NCBI GenBank assembly: GCA_965204735.1
Contig: OZ242008.1
Span: forward strand, 3,552,001-3,616,000
Length of the DNA stretch: 64,000 nucleotides
From: Longimicrobiales bacterium
GTDB lineage: Bacteria > Gemmatimonadota > Gemmatimonadetes > Longimicrobiales > Gaopeijiaceae
Direction of reading: 5' to 3'
Both the position numbers and the translations under genes were made by a program. Positions 10,147-19,729 of this stretch are shown here, piece by piece (positions within the stretch are counted from its first letter, which is position 1; each line of letters begins with the position of its first letter). Below the pieces are notes generated by a model that saw nothing but the letters and a program-made list of their open reading frames with translations, did no database searches and was not told where the DNA came from.

Positions 10147-10292
10147 CGGCTGGGCCTCGAGTCCTTTCGGAATCGGCGGGAGGAGCCGGGGCTGCGAGAC
10201 GGGCGTTGCAGTCCTACAATACTTGAGCCCGACGCGGGTTGCCGCCAAGATTCTCCCTCGCCCGCGTCTCACCTTCCGACGGAGAAGCCCCG

Positions 10293-10700
10293 ATGCGCAC
10301 CGAACAGCCCGGACAGGTCCCGAAGCGCGCTCGCGTCCCCTTGGTCCTCGCGGCGCTGGCCGTGTCCGCCGTCCTGGCCGCTTGCGCCAGCGGGGGCGGG
10401 GGCTCCAGCGGACCTCGCCGGAACACGAACGTCATCACCGCCGAAGAGCTGGCCGAATACACCACCTTCACTGTCCACGACGTGATCCGGCGGCTTCGGC
10501 CTCGCTGGCTCGTGTCCCGCGGGGGCGGCTCGCCCACCGTCGTGATGGACGGCGCCCGCATGGGGGGCGTCCAGTCCCTTCAGTCGATATCCGTATCCGA
10601 CGTCGACTCGCTGCGCTTCCTGAGCGCCGCCGACGCCACCATGCGCTTCGGAACCAACTTCCCGGACGGAGCGATCGAGGTGACCAGCCGGGCGAGGTGA
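10293..10700 (+). CDS. Lipoprotein with a TonB-receptor plug-like domain
   Basis: Lipobox VLAAC, then NVITAEEL, DVIRRLRPRWL, VVMDG, ATMRFGTN..GAIEVTS. Confidence 0.65.
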   Translation: MRTEQPGQVPKRARVPLVLAALAVSAVLAACASGGGGSSGPRRNTNVITAEELAEYTTFTVHDVIRRLRPRWLVSRGGGSPTVVMDGARMGGVQSLQSISVSDVDSLRFLSAADATMRFGTNFPDGAIEVTSRAR

Positions 10701-10712
10701 CGCGCGTCGGGC

Positions 10713-11912
10713 CTACTCGCTCGTCGGCGCTCGGTCGCCGGCCAAGAACCGGCGGGCATACTCCGCCAGCACTGCGGCGCACGTCCTGATCTCCGACACG
10801 TCCACCCACTCGTCGTCGGCGTGGGCCTGGGCGATCGAGCCGGGACCGAAGCAGACGGCGGGGATCCCCGCTTGGTTGAGGAAGCAGGCGTCCACCCAAG
10901 CCGACATCCCCCTCACGTCGCCGGGCAGGCCGTGGCGGACGCACGCTTGGCGGAGCCCCTCCACCACCGGCGAATCGGCAGGCGCCTCGGTCCCGGCCCG
11001 GTACAGCACCGTCTCCATGCGGACGTCCAGGCCGGGGCAGCGCTTCCGGGCCGAGGACAGCACCGTCTCCAGCTCGGCCGTCACCGCTTCGCGGCTCTCG
11101 CCCGGCAGCGTGCGCCGCTCGACCACCACTTCGCACCGGCCGGGGTAGACCGACGGCGCCGACCCTCCCTTGATCGTTCCCGCGTGAATGGACGCCGGGC
11201 CGAGCAGGGGATGGTCCGTTTCCCGCCGGAGCCGCTGGCCCTCCTCTTCCAGCGCGACAAGCAGGTGCCCGGTCCGGACGATGGCGTCCACCCCTTCGTC
11301 CGGCCGGGAGCCGTGGGCCGCGCGCCCCTTCGTCACGGCTTCGGCCCAGAGAAACCCCTTGTGGGCGGGCATGACGGCCAGGCTCGTGGGCTCGCACACC
11401 ACCGCCGCGTCGGCTCGGACTCCGGATTCGACCACGGCCTGCATCCCCAGCGAAGCGTGCTCCTCGTCGGCGGTCAGGGCGACGATCAGCTCGCCGGGGA
11501 AGTCCTCGTCCGCCAGCGCCGCCGCAACGGAAAGGATGCACGCCACTCCCGACTTCATGTCCGCCGCGCCGCGGCCCCACACCCGCCCCTGGCGAACGTC
11601 GCCCGAGAAGGGGGCCTCCATCCCGGCCACGCCGACCGTGTCCAGGTGGCCGTTCAGGAGAAGCGAGGCGCCCCCGCCGCTCCCGGTGCTTCCGCCGCCC
11701 CGGCGAGCGACCACGTTGAACCGTCCGGGCGCCGCTTCCTGCGCAACCGCGTCGTATCCCCAGCCCTTCAGCCAGCCGGCAGCCAGCTTCGCCACCGCTG
11801 CTTCCCCGGCGCCCCCTTCCTCGATCCGCGGGTTCACCGAAGGCGTGCGGATCAGGGCGCAGGTCGCCTCCACGGGATCGAGGGCGTGTTCGGTTTTCCG
11901 TACGTCGACCAA
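10713..11912 (-). CDS. M20 family metallopeptidase (ArgE/DapE-like deacylase)
   Basis: NGHLDTV, GRGAADMKSG, DEE, VCEPT, GRAAHGS, QAHADDE. Confidence 0.9.
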   Translation of the reverse strand: MVDVRKTEHALDPVEATCALIRTPSVNPRIEEGGAGEAAVAKLAAGWLKGWGYDAVAQEAAPGRFNVVARRGGGSTGSGGGASLLLNGHLDTVGVAGMEAPFSGDVRQGRVWGRGAADMKSGVACILSVAAALADEDFPGELIVALTADEEHASLGMQAVVESGVRADAAVVCEPTSLAVMPAHKGFLWAEAVTKGRAAHGSRPDEGVDAIVRTGHLLVALEEEGQRLRRETDHPLLGPASIHAGTIKGGSAPSVYPGRCEVVVERRTLPGESREAVTAELETVLSSARKRCPGLDVRMETVLYRAGTEAPADSPVVEGLRQACVRHGLPGDVRGMSAWVDACFLNQAGIPAVCFGPGSIAQAHADDEWVDVSEIRTCAAVLAEYARRFLAGDRAPTSE

Positions 11913-12106
11913 GAAAGTGTCCTTTCCCCGACCAGCGAACGGCAGCGGCGGCCGAGAACTTCGGCGAGTCGGGAGCGTAGGATGCAGTAGGCCGAGACGA
12001 GGGCCCGGGCCCCTTCGGGAAGTGGGCTGCGAAGGAGTGGCACGGTTGTTGCACGAACAAGATGGCGTTCACACGGCGCATTCACCGCTAACCAGAGGAG
12101 GGAGCC

Positions 12107-12286
12107 ATGCGCAAGTTCACCGTGAGCCTGATGGGGGCCGCGGCGCTGGTGACGGCGGGTCTCGCCCTCCTTCGGCAGGGCATCGGCAGGTCCGAGCCCG
12201 TCGAGGCGGCGATCGAGGAAGTTCCGCCTGGGGAGACGATCCCCGGCCAGATCAGGCTCGAGAGGCTGAGGGAGCTGGGGATCTAA
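12107..12286 (+). CDS. 59-aa small protein with an N-terminal hydrophobic helix (not in ORF track)
   Basis: AGAGGAGGGAG RBS before ATG 12107; MRKFTVSLMGAAALVTAGLALLRQGIGRSEPVEAAIEEVPPGETIPGQIRLERLRELGI; TAA 12284-12286. Confidence 0.7.
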   Translation: MRKFTVSLMGAAALVTAGLALLRQGIGRSEPVEAAIEEVPPGETIPGQIRLERLRELGI

Positions 12287-12363
12287 GCCCGCCAGCCGGG
12301 CGCGGATGCCGCAGGCAGTTCCCCGCGACAGAGGGGGGCGGTCCCAGGGAAGGGGCCGTCTCC

Positions 12364-12466
12364 CTCGCCCTCGGAACAACGGCGGCGCGACTCGACCGAT
12401 GATGGGCCCGGTCACGAGGATGTTCGGGCCACGGACTCGCTCTCGGAACAACGGAGGCGGCGCGAC
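12364..12466. repeat. About 28-31-bp direct repeat pair, 72-bp period
   Basis: CTCGC(C/T)CTCGGAACAACGG(AGG)CGGCGCGAC at 12364 and 12436. Confidence 0.8.
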
Positions 12467-12529
12467 GTCCCGCTAACCCCGGTTGGGCGCTCGGCCTGGG
12501 CGTGCAGGCCTGCTCGAAGCAACGCCGGC

Positions 12530-12763
12530 CTACGCGAAGTAGTCTACGTTCTTCGCAATGTACTCGCTCCACTCGGGCGGAACGTCCGTGTCGGGGAAGA
12601 TCGCCTGGACGGGGCACTCGGGCTCGCACGCGCCGCAGTCGATGCACTCGTCCGGGTGGATGAAGTACTGGTCCTCGGACTCGTAGATGCAGTCCACCGG
12701 ACACACTTCGACGCAGCTGGCGTCCTTGGTGCCGATGCAGGGCTCGGTGATGATGTATGTCAT
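12530..12763 (-). CDS. fdxA: Dicluster (7Fe-type) ferredoxin
   Basis: [26 protein letters not shown]...[22 protein letters not shown]. Confidence 0.92.
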   Translation of the reverse strand: MTYIITEPCIGTKDASCVEVCPVDCIYESEDQYFIHPDECIDCGACEPECPVQAIFPDTDVPPEWSEYIAKNVDYFA

Positions 12764-12881
12764 TCGATCCTCGGGTTCGCTGTTCACGACCGAACTCAAT
12801 GATTGCCGAACCTCAACGGCGTTGCAACCCCGACTCGCGTCCCCCGGCGTCAATCCCCAGGAGCACGGCTCGGCGGTCCCC

Positions 12882-12980
12882 CGGCGTCAGCCCCGCAACA
12901 TCGGTGTCAGGCCGCTACATCGGCGTCAGCCCAGCAACGTCGGCGTCAGCCCCGCAACGTCGGCGTCAGGCCCGCAACGT
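12882..12980. repeat. Five imperfect 19-20-bp tandem repeats overlapping the hydrolase stop codon
   Basis: Consensus CGGCGTCAGCCCCGCAACGT at 12882, 12902, 12921, 12941, 12961. Confidence 0.9.
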
Positions 12981-13820
12981 CTCTCGGAAGTGCTTCAGCG
13001 TGGCCTCCACGGCGTCTTCCAGCGCGGGCGGGGGCGGACCCAGCATTGGGTGGGCGGCCTCGAAGGCATGGCCCGCGCCTTCCAGGACCAGAAGTCGGGC
13101 GGCTGCTCCCGCCTCGGAGAGCGCCCGGCCCTCGGCCTCCGGAACGGCCGAATCCTCCGATCCCTGAACGACGAGCCAGGGCGCCTGCACCCGCCTCGCC
13201 GCCGCCAGCACGTCCAAGCGCTCGCCGTTGGCCTTCAGGTCGTCCCAAAGAGTCCTGTAGAGGGGCATCCGCTGCCCGGTGCGGGCGTTCACCACGTAGG
13301 CGACTCCCTCCGTCTCCCACGCCTCGCGCTGCTCCTCCGTCCACCGCTGAAAGGAGGCGATTCCGGCCCAGGTGACGAGCGACGACACGGCCCCGCCTGC
13401 TTCGGCCGCCACCACCACGGCCACGCCGCCTCCCCTGCTGTGCCCCAGCATCCCCACCGGTCCCGGCGCGCGTCCCCGGGTCCACGCGCCGGTGCGGAGC
13501 CGGCCGAGCATCCACTCGAGGTCTTCCACTTCGCGGGTGACGGTGTTGCGCCCGAAGGCGTCCAAGTCGGCGAACTCCAGCGTTTCCGGGTCGATCCCGG
13601 CAAGGGAGAAGTCGAAGGAGACCACCAAGCGGCCGTCGGCCGCCAATCGCTCGCACAGGTGCGGGAAGAACCCCCAGTCCTTGAACCCCTTGAAGCCGTG
13701 AGCCACGAGGACCGCCGACGCCGCGTCGCCCTCCGCGGGTCTGCGCACGTCGAAGCGGATCGGGTCGCCGTGGGGAGGCGTGGCTTCGCCGCGCTCGTGG
13801 ATCACCGTGGTCCGCGCCAC
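12966..13820 (-). CDS. Alpha/beta hydrolase
   Basis: HGFKGFKDWGFFP, nucleophile elbow GHSRGG, QGSEDSAVP, GAGHAF; GTG start at 13820. Confidence 0.88.
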   Translation of the reverse strand: MARTTVIHERGEATPPHGDPIRFDVRRPAEGDAASAVLVAHGFKGFKDWGFFPHLCERLAADGRLVVSFDFSLAGIDPETLEFADLDAFGRNTVTREVEDLEWMLGRLRTGAWTRGRAPGPVGMLGHSRGGGVAVVVAAEAGGAVSSLVTWAGIASFQRWTEEQREAWETEGVAYVVNARTGQRMPLYRTLWDDLKANGERLDVLAAARRVQAPWLVVQGSEDSAVPEAEGRALSEAGAAARLLVLEGAGHAFEAAHPMLGPPPPALEDAVEATLKHFRETLRA

Positions 13821-14365
13821 TCGACGTCCTTCACCCCGGCATGGGCGTTCTCCATCCGGGCCGCGGCGAAGAGGTAGTCCGACAGCCGGTTCAGGTAGCG
13901 AACGACGAGGGGATCCACGACAGCCTGGGCGGCGAGCGCCACGACGCGTCTCTCTGCGCGACGGCACACGGCTCGGGCGACGTGCAGGTGGGCGGCGCCG
14001 GGAGTCCCGCCAGGCAGCACGAAGCGGCGGAGGGGCGGCGCAGCGTCCTCCGCCTCGTCGATCCACGCCTCCATTTCGGCCACCCGGGCGACGGGAAGAG
14101 GCGGAAGCGCCGACGCCCCTCCGCCCGCGCCGGCCCCTTCCTGCGGCGTCGAGAGGTGGGCGCCCAAGGCGAAGAGGTCCGACTGGACGCGCCCCAGCCG
14201 GTTGCGGGAACCTTGGACCGCCACGTGAAGCCGCGCCGCGCCGAGCGCCGCGTTGAGCTCGTCGGCAGCGCCGCAGGCCTCCACGCGAGGATCGGTCTTC
14301 GGCCTTCGTTCCCCGCCGAACAGGCCGGTGACGCCTCCGTCTCCCCGCCGCGTGTAGAGCTTCAC
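13802..14365 (-). CDS. pduO: PduO-type cob(I)alamin adenosyltransferase
   Basis: KLYTRRGDGGVTGL, DELNA, FVLPGG, ARAVCRRAERR, YLNRLSDYLF. Confidence 0.92.
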   Translation of the reverse strand: MKLYTRRGDGGVTGLFGGERRPKTDPRVEACGAADELNAALGAARLHVAVQGSRNRLGRVQSDLFALGAHLSTPQEGAGAGGGASALPPLPVARVAEMEAWIDEAEDAAPPLRRFVLPGGTPGAAHLHVARAVCRRAERRVVALAAQAVVDPLVVRYLNRLSDYLFAAARMENAHAGVKDVEWRGPR

Positions 14366-14619
14366 CGCGTCCTCAGCTTGGCGAACTTGCGGATCGTCTT
14401 GGCCCGGTCCAGAAGGCTCGGCTCTTCTTCCGACTCCTTCGGGGCGACACGGGCTTGGCCGTCTCGGAGGTCCAGCATCACCTCCAGGAACACCTGATCG
14501 CGCTGAAAGCCGAAGTCCAGGTCCTCCATGCGGGCGGCGTCCCCGGACGTCTTGGCGTTCTCGAACGCCTCGCGGTAGACCTCCTCGAGGCTGGCGACGA
14601 CCTTGGACCTGGGGCGCAT
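14362..14619 (-). CDS. Hypothetical helical protein (85 aa)
   Basis: ATG 14619 with upstream GGAGG; the stop overlaps the pduO start (GTGA). Confidence 0.7.
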   Translation of the reverse strand: MRPRSKVVASLEEVYREAFENAKTSGDAARMEDLDFGFQRDQVFLEVMLDLRDGQARVAPKESEEEPSLLDRAKTIRKFAKLRTR

Positions 14620-14701
14620 GGAGCAACCTCCGTTCTGGCGAGTCCGCTTGCGGCTGGACGTGGTTCGTGCGGAAGTGGTGGGAAAGATACATGTTGCCGA
14701 G

Positions 14702-15967
14702 ATGACTTCCTCCCCGCGAACGCCCCCGCTCGAAGTCCTCCTCGGCCTCGGCCGCCGGCGCTCCGCCGGCAACCCCGATCGCGCTTCAGGCCCAGGCGAC
14801 CCGAAGTCCGTCGTCACCCCCGACGCCTTTGCGGTGGCCCCCGAGCTGCTGGGCGTCCCCCTCGCGGCTCCTTGGCGACGGCTCGCGGCTCTTGTTCTCG
14901 ATCTGGTCTTGATCGGCTGCCTGCAGCTGCTGGGATGGCGCTTCGTCCTCGGCGGAGCGGCGCTGATGCTCTTCCTGGTGTTGGTTCGCCCTTCCGGCGG
15001 CGCTCGGCCAAGTCCACTGCGAAAGGCGGCCGCCGGCTGCGGCGGCGCGCTGGTGCTGGTCGTCACCGTGCTCGTTTCGCTGGTCCCCATCCTGCTCAAG
15101 AACAGGATGCTGGTCCCGACGCCGGACGGCGCCGGCTTCACGATCCGGGCGAGCCCCGCCCACGACACCACAGGGGCGGACGACCCGGACGCGCGGGACG
15201 GCGTGGGAACGTCGATCGTCCTGGGGACGCAAGGGTCCTTGGCGACGACGCAAGATTCCTCGGCGACGACGCAAGGGTCCTTGGCGACGACGCAAGATTC
15301 CTCGGCGACGACGCAAGATTCCTTGGCGATCCAGGGCTCCGTCGAGGCGCTGGACTCCGTGGAGGCGCTGGACTCCGTCGAGGCCCCCGACGCCCTGGGA
15401 ACTGCCGACACGACGACTGCGGGCCCAAACTCGGCGGCCACGGGCTTCGACACCTTTGCGGCGGTCTTCATGCACGTTGCCGACAGCGTAGCCGCCGCCG
15501 ACACCGCAGCCGCCGACCTCGGCGACGGATCGCGGGCGACCGCCTTCGACTGGATCCGCGACGCCGCCGACGAGGCGGGTCTGGTCTTCGGCTGGGGCAC
15601 CGTCTACATCACGCTGTTCCTGGCCCTCTGGGACGGGCGGACGCCGGGCAAGCGGGCGCTCGACCTGCGGGTCGTGCGCGTGACCGGCGGGCCGTTGGGG
15701 CTGCTCATGTCCTTCGAGCGGGCGGGCGGCTACGCGGCGGGGTTCGCTACCGGGCTGCTGGGGTTCGCCCGGGCGTGGTGGGACCCGAACCGGCAGGCGA
15801 TCCACGACAAGATCGCCGAGACCGTGGTGATCCGGGAGAAGTTGGCCAGGGAGTCGGGGCTTTGGGGCGCGGAGGCGCGGCGCGACATTCCGGCGGCGGA
15901 CACGGGCCGCGCTCCGGCCGCGTCGACGAAGCGGAGCAACGAACCGAAGGAGGAGGAGACCCGATGA
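14702..15967 (+). CDS. RDD family membrane protein with a repeat-containing central insert
   Basis: LAAPWRRLAALVLD at the N-terminus; GRTPGKRALDLRVV and RQAIHDKIAETVV at the C-terminus. Confidence 0.85.
   Translation: MTSSPRTPPLEVLLGLGRRRSAGNPDRASGPGDPKSVVTPDAFAVAPELLGVPLAAPWRRLAALVLDLVLIGCLQLLGWRFVLGGAALMLFLVLVRPSGGARPSPLRKAAAGCGGALVLVVTVLVSLVPILLKNRMLVPTPDGAGFTIRASPAHDTTGADDPDARDGVGTSIVLGTQGSLATTQDSSATTQGSLATTQDSSATTQDSLAIQGSVEALDSVEALDSVEAPDALGTADTTTAGPNSAATGFDTFAAVFMHVADSVAAADTAAADLGDGSRATAFDWIRDAADEAGLVFGWGTVYITLFLALWDGRTPGKRALDLRVVRVTGGPLGLLMSFERAGGYAAGFATGLLGFARAWWDPNRQAIHDKIAETVVIREKLARESGLWGAEARRDIPAADTGRAPAASTKRSNEPKEEETR
15226..15385. repeat. In-frame 21-bp (x5) and 18-bp (about x3) tandem repeats
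   Basis: Encodes TQ(G/D)S(L/S)AT and SVEALD repeats. Confidence 0.9.
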
Positions 15968-16827
15968 CAGCTTCAGTGGAATCAGCCGGGCGCGCGGACG
16001 GGAAGGACTTTCGGGCGGCGACCCCTTCGCCGTCCGGAAGGCGGCGGCCCGCCCCGGCGCTCGCGCAGGCGCCGGTCGCGCTGGCCGCCTTCCTGTGCTG
16101 GGCGACGGCGGCCGGATGCGACGGCAATCGATCTCCCGACGGCGGCGCGAGCGGCACCGGCGGCGACGCCTCGTCCGGCGCGGCTTCCCAGTCGATCCCG
16201 TCGTCGATGCTGACAGCGGGAGGGACCCGCGCCGTGCCGCCCGCCCAGGAGTTCACCCTGGACGAGATCGGCTTCGACTTCGGGCTCGAGGAGGCACCGG
16301 TGAAGGTGGTGGAGTTCAGCGACTACGGGTGCGGGTACTGCCGACGCTTCCACGCCGAGACCTTCCCGACCCTCATGGAGGAGTTCGTGAACGCCGGCGT
16401 CGTGCGCTGGAAGTACGTCACCTACGTCAGCGGGATGTTCCCCAACGGCTTCCCCGCCGCCTTCGCGGCCGAGTGCGCCGGCGAACAGGGGCTCTTCATG
16501 GAGGTGAGCCGCGCGCTCTACGAACGCCAGTCCGACTGGAAGGGCCTGGGCCAGCCCTTCCCCGTCTTCGAGTCGCTGGCGGCCGAAGCCGGCGCCGACT
16601 TGGACGAGTTCCGGGCGTGCGTCGAGGAAGAGCGGCCTCGTCCTCGGATCCGCAGCGGCGTCATTTCCGGAGCTCGCCTGGGGGTGCGAGGCACGCCGTC
16701 GTTCCTGGTGGCCGGTCGGCCCCTGGTGGGCGCTCAGCCCCTCTCCGTGTGGCGGGACGTCATCGAGATCGCCAAGGACCTGCCTGCCGCCCCGGACTCC
16801 GTCGCCGGAGGGAGCGGGGCGAGGTAG
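15964..16827 (+). CDS. DsbA/thioredoxin-fold protein (possible lipoprotein)
   Basis: APVKVVEFSDYGCGYCRRF, AAECAGEQG, GVRGTPSF; TAAGC lipobox-like. Confidence 0.88.
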   Translation: MTASVESAGRADGKDFRAATPSPSGRRRPAPALAQAPVALAAFLCWATAAGCDGNRSPDGGASGTGGDASSGAASQSIPSSMLTAGGTRAVPPAQEFTLDEIGFDFGLEEAPVKVVEFSDYGCGYCRRFHAETFPTLMEEFVNAGVVRWKYVTYVSGMFPNGFPAAFAAECAGEQGLFMEVSRALYERQSDWKGLGQPFPVFESLAAEAGADLDEFRACVEEERPRPRIRSGVISGARLGVRGTPSFLVAGRPLVGAQPLSVWRDVIEIAKDLPAAPDSVAGGSGAR

Positions 16828-18439
16828 CCCCGCCGCCGGCCCGGCTTCGGGCGTCGTCCATCACCACCTCGAAGTCCTCTTCGTATCCGACCCGACCGAC
16901 GGACGGCAAGTACCGGGAAAGGTCGATCTCCGCACCGGCCAGCTCCCGGTCGAAGGCGGCCATCTCCCGCTTGGCGGCTTCCGAGTCGTCGTCCGACGTG
17001 GAGTAGACGATCTCGCCCAGCTTCTGGTCCTCCAGGCGAAGGGCGCGCCGGGTCAGCTCCGCTTCGACGAACGTCCGTCGGATCTGCGGAAAGCGGTAGC
17101 GAAAGCCGTCGTCGTCCGACGCCACGTCGGCGTCGAACTCGGCGGCCAGCGTCTCCAGCTCCTTCGTCGTCAGCCCGGCGACGTCCGAGGAGACCCCCTT
17201 TCCTCCCAGGCCGCGGGCCACGTGGCGGACCGCTTCGTCCACCGAGAGCCACCGCACTGTCCCCACGCTCCTCTGATACGCAAGCCCCAGCAGGAGCCGC
17301 CGAACGTTGCGCCGCCGCCGCTCCCGGTTCTCCCTGGCCAGCCCCAGCGACCGGAGGGCGGGAATGGCGAAGAAGAGCGTGCTGAACGCCACGGGGACGA
17401 CCCCGAGCCCCCAGAAGAAGAGCGGGTCCACCAGCGCGGCCCCGGCGGCGCCGGCGACGGCGCCGGCAGCGCCGGGCGCCGCCGCGGGAGCCAACCCCAA
17501 GACGCTTCCCGCCACCAAGTTGAAGCCGTTCATGCCTCCGATGACGGCGTTGGAGGTCCCGGCGTTCCCGGTCAGCTTCTTCGGGCGTTCCAGCCGCAAC
17601 CATGCCGGCTTGGGCTCCGACGCCCGAACTCTGCCGTGGGCGCTCTTCATCAGGGCGGGGAAGGCGTAGACGACTTCGCCCTCTTGCGAGACCCGCGGGT
17701 CGCCGCCGTAGGCGCCGGTCAGCCGTCCCATCTCTTCTTCCGCTTCCGGCAGGGGAAGGGCCGTGTGCTCCACCAGCTCGGCCGTGGCAAGCACGCCGTT
17801 TCGGGCTCGAACGAGCTGCAGGACGCTCCGGTCCTTCTGAAGCTGGGTGGGCCGGGGCTCTTCGGGACCGAAGACGAAGGCGAACACCTTCTTGTAGAAC
17901 GGCGGCTGGGCTTCCTTGGGAAGGCGCTCGGCGTGGCGGTGGCCGTAGTAGAGGCTCCCGCGTCCCCACCCGCTTCCGCCGAGGAGCCAGTGCATGAGGA
18001 AGAAGTCCCCCAGGCCGAAGCCGCCTCGCCGGCCGCCGAAGCCGCCGTTTCGGTCGCCGTCCCGGTTCGCGGTCATGGCCGCGATCACCAGCACCACGAA
18101 GACCACGAAGTAGACGACGAGCATCGCCGCGGTCCACACCTTGAACCCGATCTTGAAGGCGGCCCACGCGGCGCGCTTGAGCCGGACCCACAGCGCTTCC
18201 TGGTCCCGGGTCATGAGCTTCGGGTCGAAGCGGTAGAGGAGCTCGCCCGAGTCCGAAACCTCCAGATGCCCGCGACGGGTCTCCAGCAGCTTCTTCAGGG
18301 CGGACTCGGCCTCGTCCTGCGGCATGCCGGTGGCCGAGACCACGTCCCCCAGGGTGGCGCGTCCCCGGAGACGGCGCAGGGCGTCGAGAAGGCTGGCGGA
18401 GGGCTCGGCGGCGGCGGCAGCGACGGCTGTGCTGGACAA
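16760..18439 (-). CDS. Conserved membrane protein with three winged-helix-like modules (At5g03900-like, by recollection)
   Basis: ATLGDVVSATG..GHLEVSDSGELLYRF; FAFVFG; GGDPRVSQEGEVVYAFP; DVASDDDGFRYRFP; hydrophobic helices between modules. Confidence 0.65.
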   Translation of the reverse strand: MSSTAVAAAAAEPSASLLDALRRLRGRATLGDVVSATGMPQDEAESALKKLLETRRGHLEVSDSGELLYRFDPKLMTRDQEALWVRLKRAAWAAFKIGFKVWTAAMLVVYFVVFVVLVIAAMTANRDGDRNGGFGGRRGGFGLGDFFLMHWLLGGSGWGRGSLYYGHRHAERLPKEAQPPFYKKVFAFVFGPEEPRPTQLQKDRSVLQLVRARNGVLATAELVEHTALPLPEAEEEMGRLTGAYGGDPRVSQEGEVVYAFPALMKSAHGRVRASEPKPAWLRLERPKKLTGNAGTSNAVIGGMNGFNLVAGSVLGLAPAAAPGAAGAVAGAAGAALVDPLFFWGLGVVPVAFSTLFFAIPALRSLGLARENRERRRRNVRRLLLGLAYQRSVGTVRWLSVDEAVRHVARGLGGKGVSSDVAGLTTKELETLAAEFDADVASDDDGFRYRFPQIRRTFVEAELTRRALRLEDQKLGEIVYSTSDDDSEAAKREMAAFDRELAGAEIDLSRYLPSVGRVGYEEDFEVVMDDARSRAGGGATSPRSLRRRSPGRQAGPWRSR

Positions 18440-18847
18440 TGGCGGAGTTCCTGCAGTGGCGGTGGCGGATCGGCCCGTCCAAAGCTAACCCACCACGGGA
18501 GCCGGCGGACCCAGCTCGATGGCGTCCGCCGCCCGCTCGCCGCCTTCCACTCGCTCGCCGTCCTCCGGCAAGCCGCCGTCCGCAGGCCGGATTCCCCGGC
18601 CCGATCCGTCGCGCCGGCCCAGCAGGAAGTCGACGCGGGACGAACCCCAGGCCGCTTCGCTGCGTAGAAGGCTCCATCCCGACAGCTCGGCGATCGCTCC
18701 GGTCCTCAGCGCCGCGTGGGCGGGACGGCGGGCGGCGGGAGCATAGCGACCGATGCGAGCGGGGAGGTGGAGGGGACGATGATCAAACGATGACGGCTGC
18801 TCCATAGGCTTCGGTTTCCAAGACCAAACCTCAGCCAGGAGCCTGCG

Positions 18848-19705
18848 ATGTCGAACCGTCAGAGTGGCCCGGGGATCGTCTCCCTCATGCGGCCTCCGTA
18901 CCGCAACCTGCGCCCTGTGGACCCTACGCGGCCCGTCCAGCCCAGGGGAGGCGGTTGGGTCATGGTGTGGAACTTGGCGGCGAACGGGTGGCCGAGCGGA
19001 AGCGACTTCGTGACCGGGCGGCACGCCGGCGTGACCCTGGCCATCGTCCTGCCCGACGAGAACGGGTTGGCCATCGCCCAGGTCCTTCGGGCAATCGAGC
19101 GGTCGCGCCCACAGGCGGTCCTGCCGTATCACCACGCCGCTCCGCGTCCCGCCGACGTGGCGTCCGTGATCCGACGCCCGCCCGCCTCCCTTTCCGCCGC
19201 CGTCAGCGAGTACCTGGACTGGCGAGGGTTCGCCCTGAACCCCGTCACCAGGAGCGTGGTTCGCAGAACCGTGGAGCTCAGCGCCCACGTGCAGACGATC
19301 ACCGCCCTAGCCAAGAACCTCTACATGTCCCGGCGCGCTCTGGGGCGGCGCTTCACCGGCAGCGGCCTGCCGACGCCGTCCCATTGGCTTCACGCCGCTC
19401 GGATCCTGCGCGCTTCGATCAAGCTCCAGAACTCTGACGCCAGCCTCTTCAGCATAGCCGTCTCGCTGGGATACCCGGACGGGTTCTCGCTGAGCAACCA
19501 GATGAGTCGGCTCTGCGGCGTCCGCCCCCTCGACACCCGAACCCAGTTGGGATGGGAGTGGATCATGGAGTGCTGGCTGGCCCGGGAGGCGGAGAAGGGA
19601 AACATCTCCCGGAAGGTTCTGCGCGCCCGCCCGTCCGTCGTTCCGCCGCAGATCGAAGGCGCCGCGGACGACTCGCCCCGCCCCAAGGCTGCCATCTCCC
19701 GATAG
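18848..19705 (+). CDS. AraC-family transcriptional regulator
   Basis: C-terminal double HTH: ITALAKNLYMSRRALGRRF ... SIAVSLGYPDGFSLSNQMSRLCGVRP. Confidence 0.8.
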   Translation: MSNRQSGPGIVSLMRPPYRNLRPVDPTRPVQPRGGGWVMVWNLAANGWPSGSDFVTGRHAGVTLAIVLPDENGLAIAQVLRAIERSRPQAVLPYHHAAPRPADVASVIRRPPASLSAAVSEYLDWRGFALNPVTRSVVRRTVELSAHVQTITALAKNLYMSRRALGRRFTGSGLPTPSHWLHAARILRASIKLQNSDASLFSIAVSLGYPDGFSLSNQMSRLCGVRPLDTRTQLGWEWIMECWLAREAEKGNISRKVLRARPSVVPPQIEGAADDSPRPKAAISR

Positions 19706-19729
19706 GTCCGGGTTTCGGGCAGCCGCTCC

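Noticed and set aside
12316..12345. CAGTTCCCCGCGACAGAGGGGGGCGGTCCC resembles a type I-E repeat
   Set aside because: Single copy with an imperfect stem and no periodic partner.
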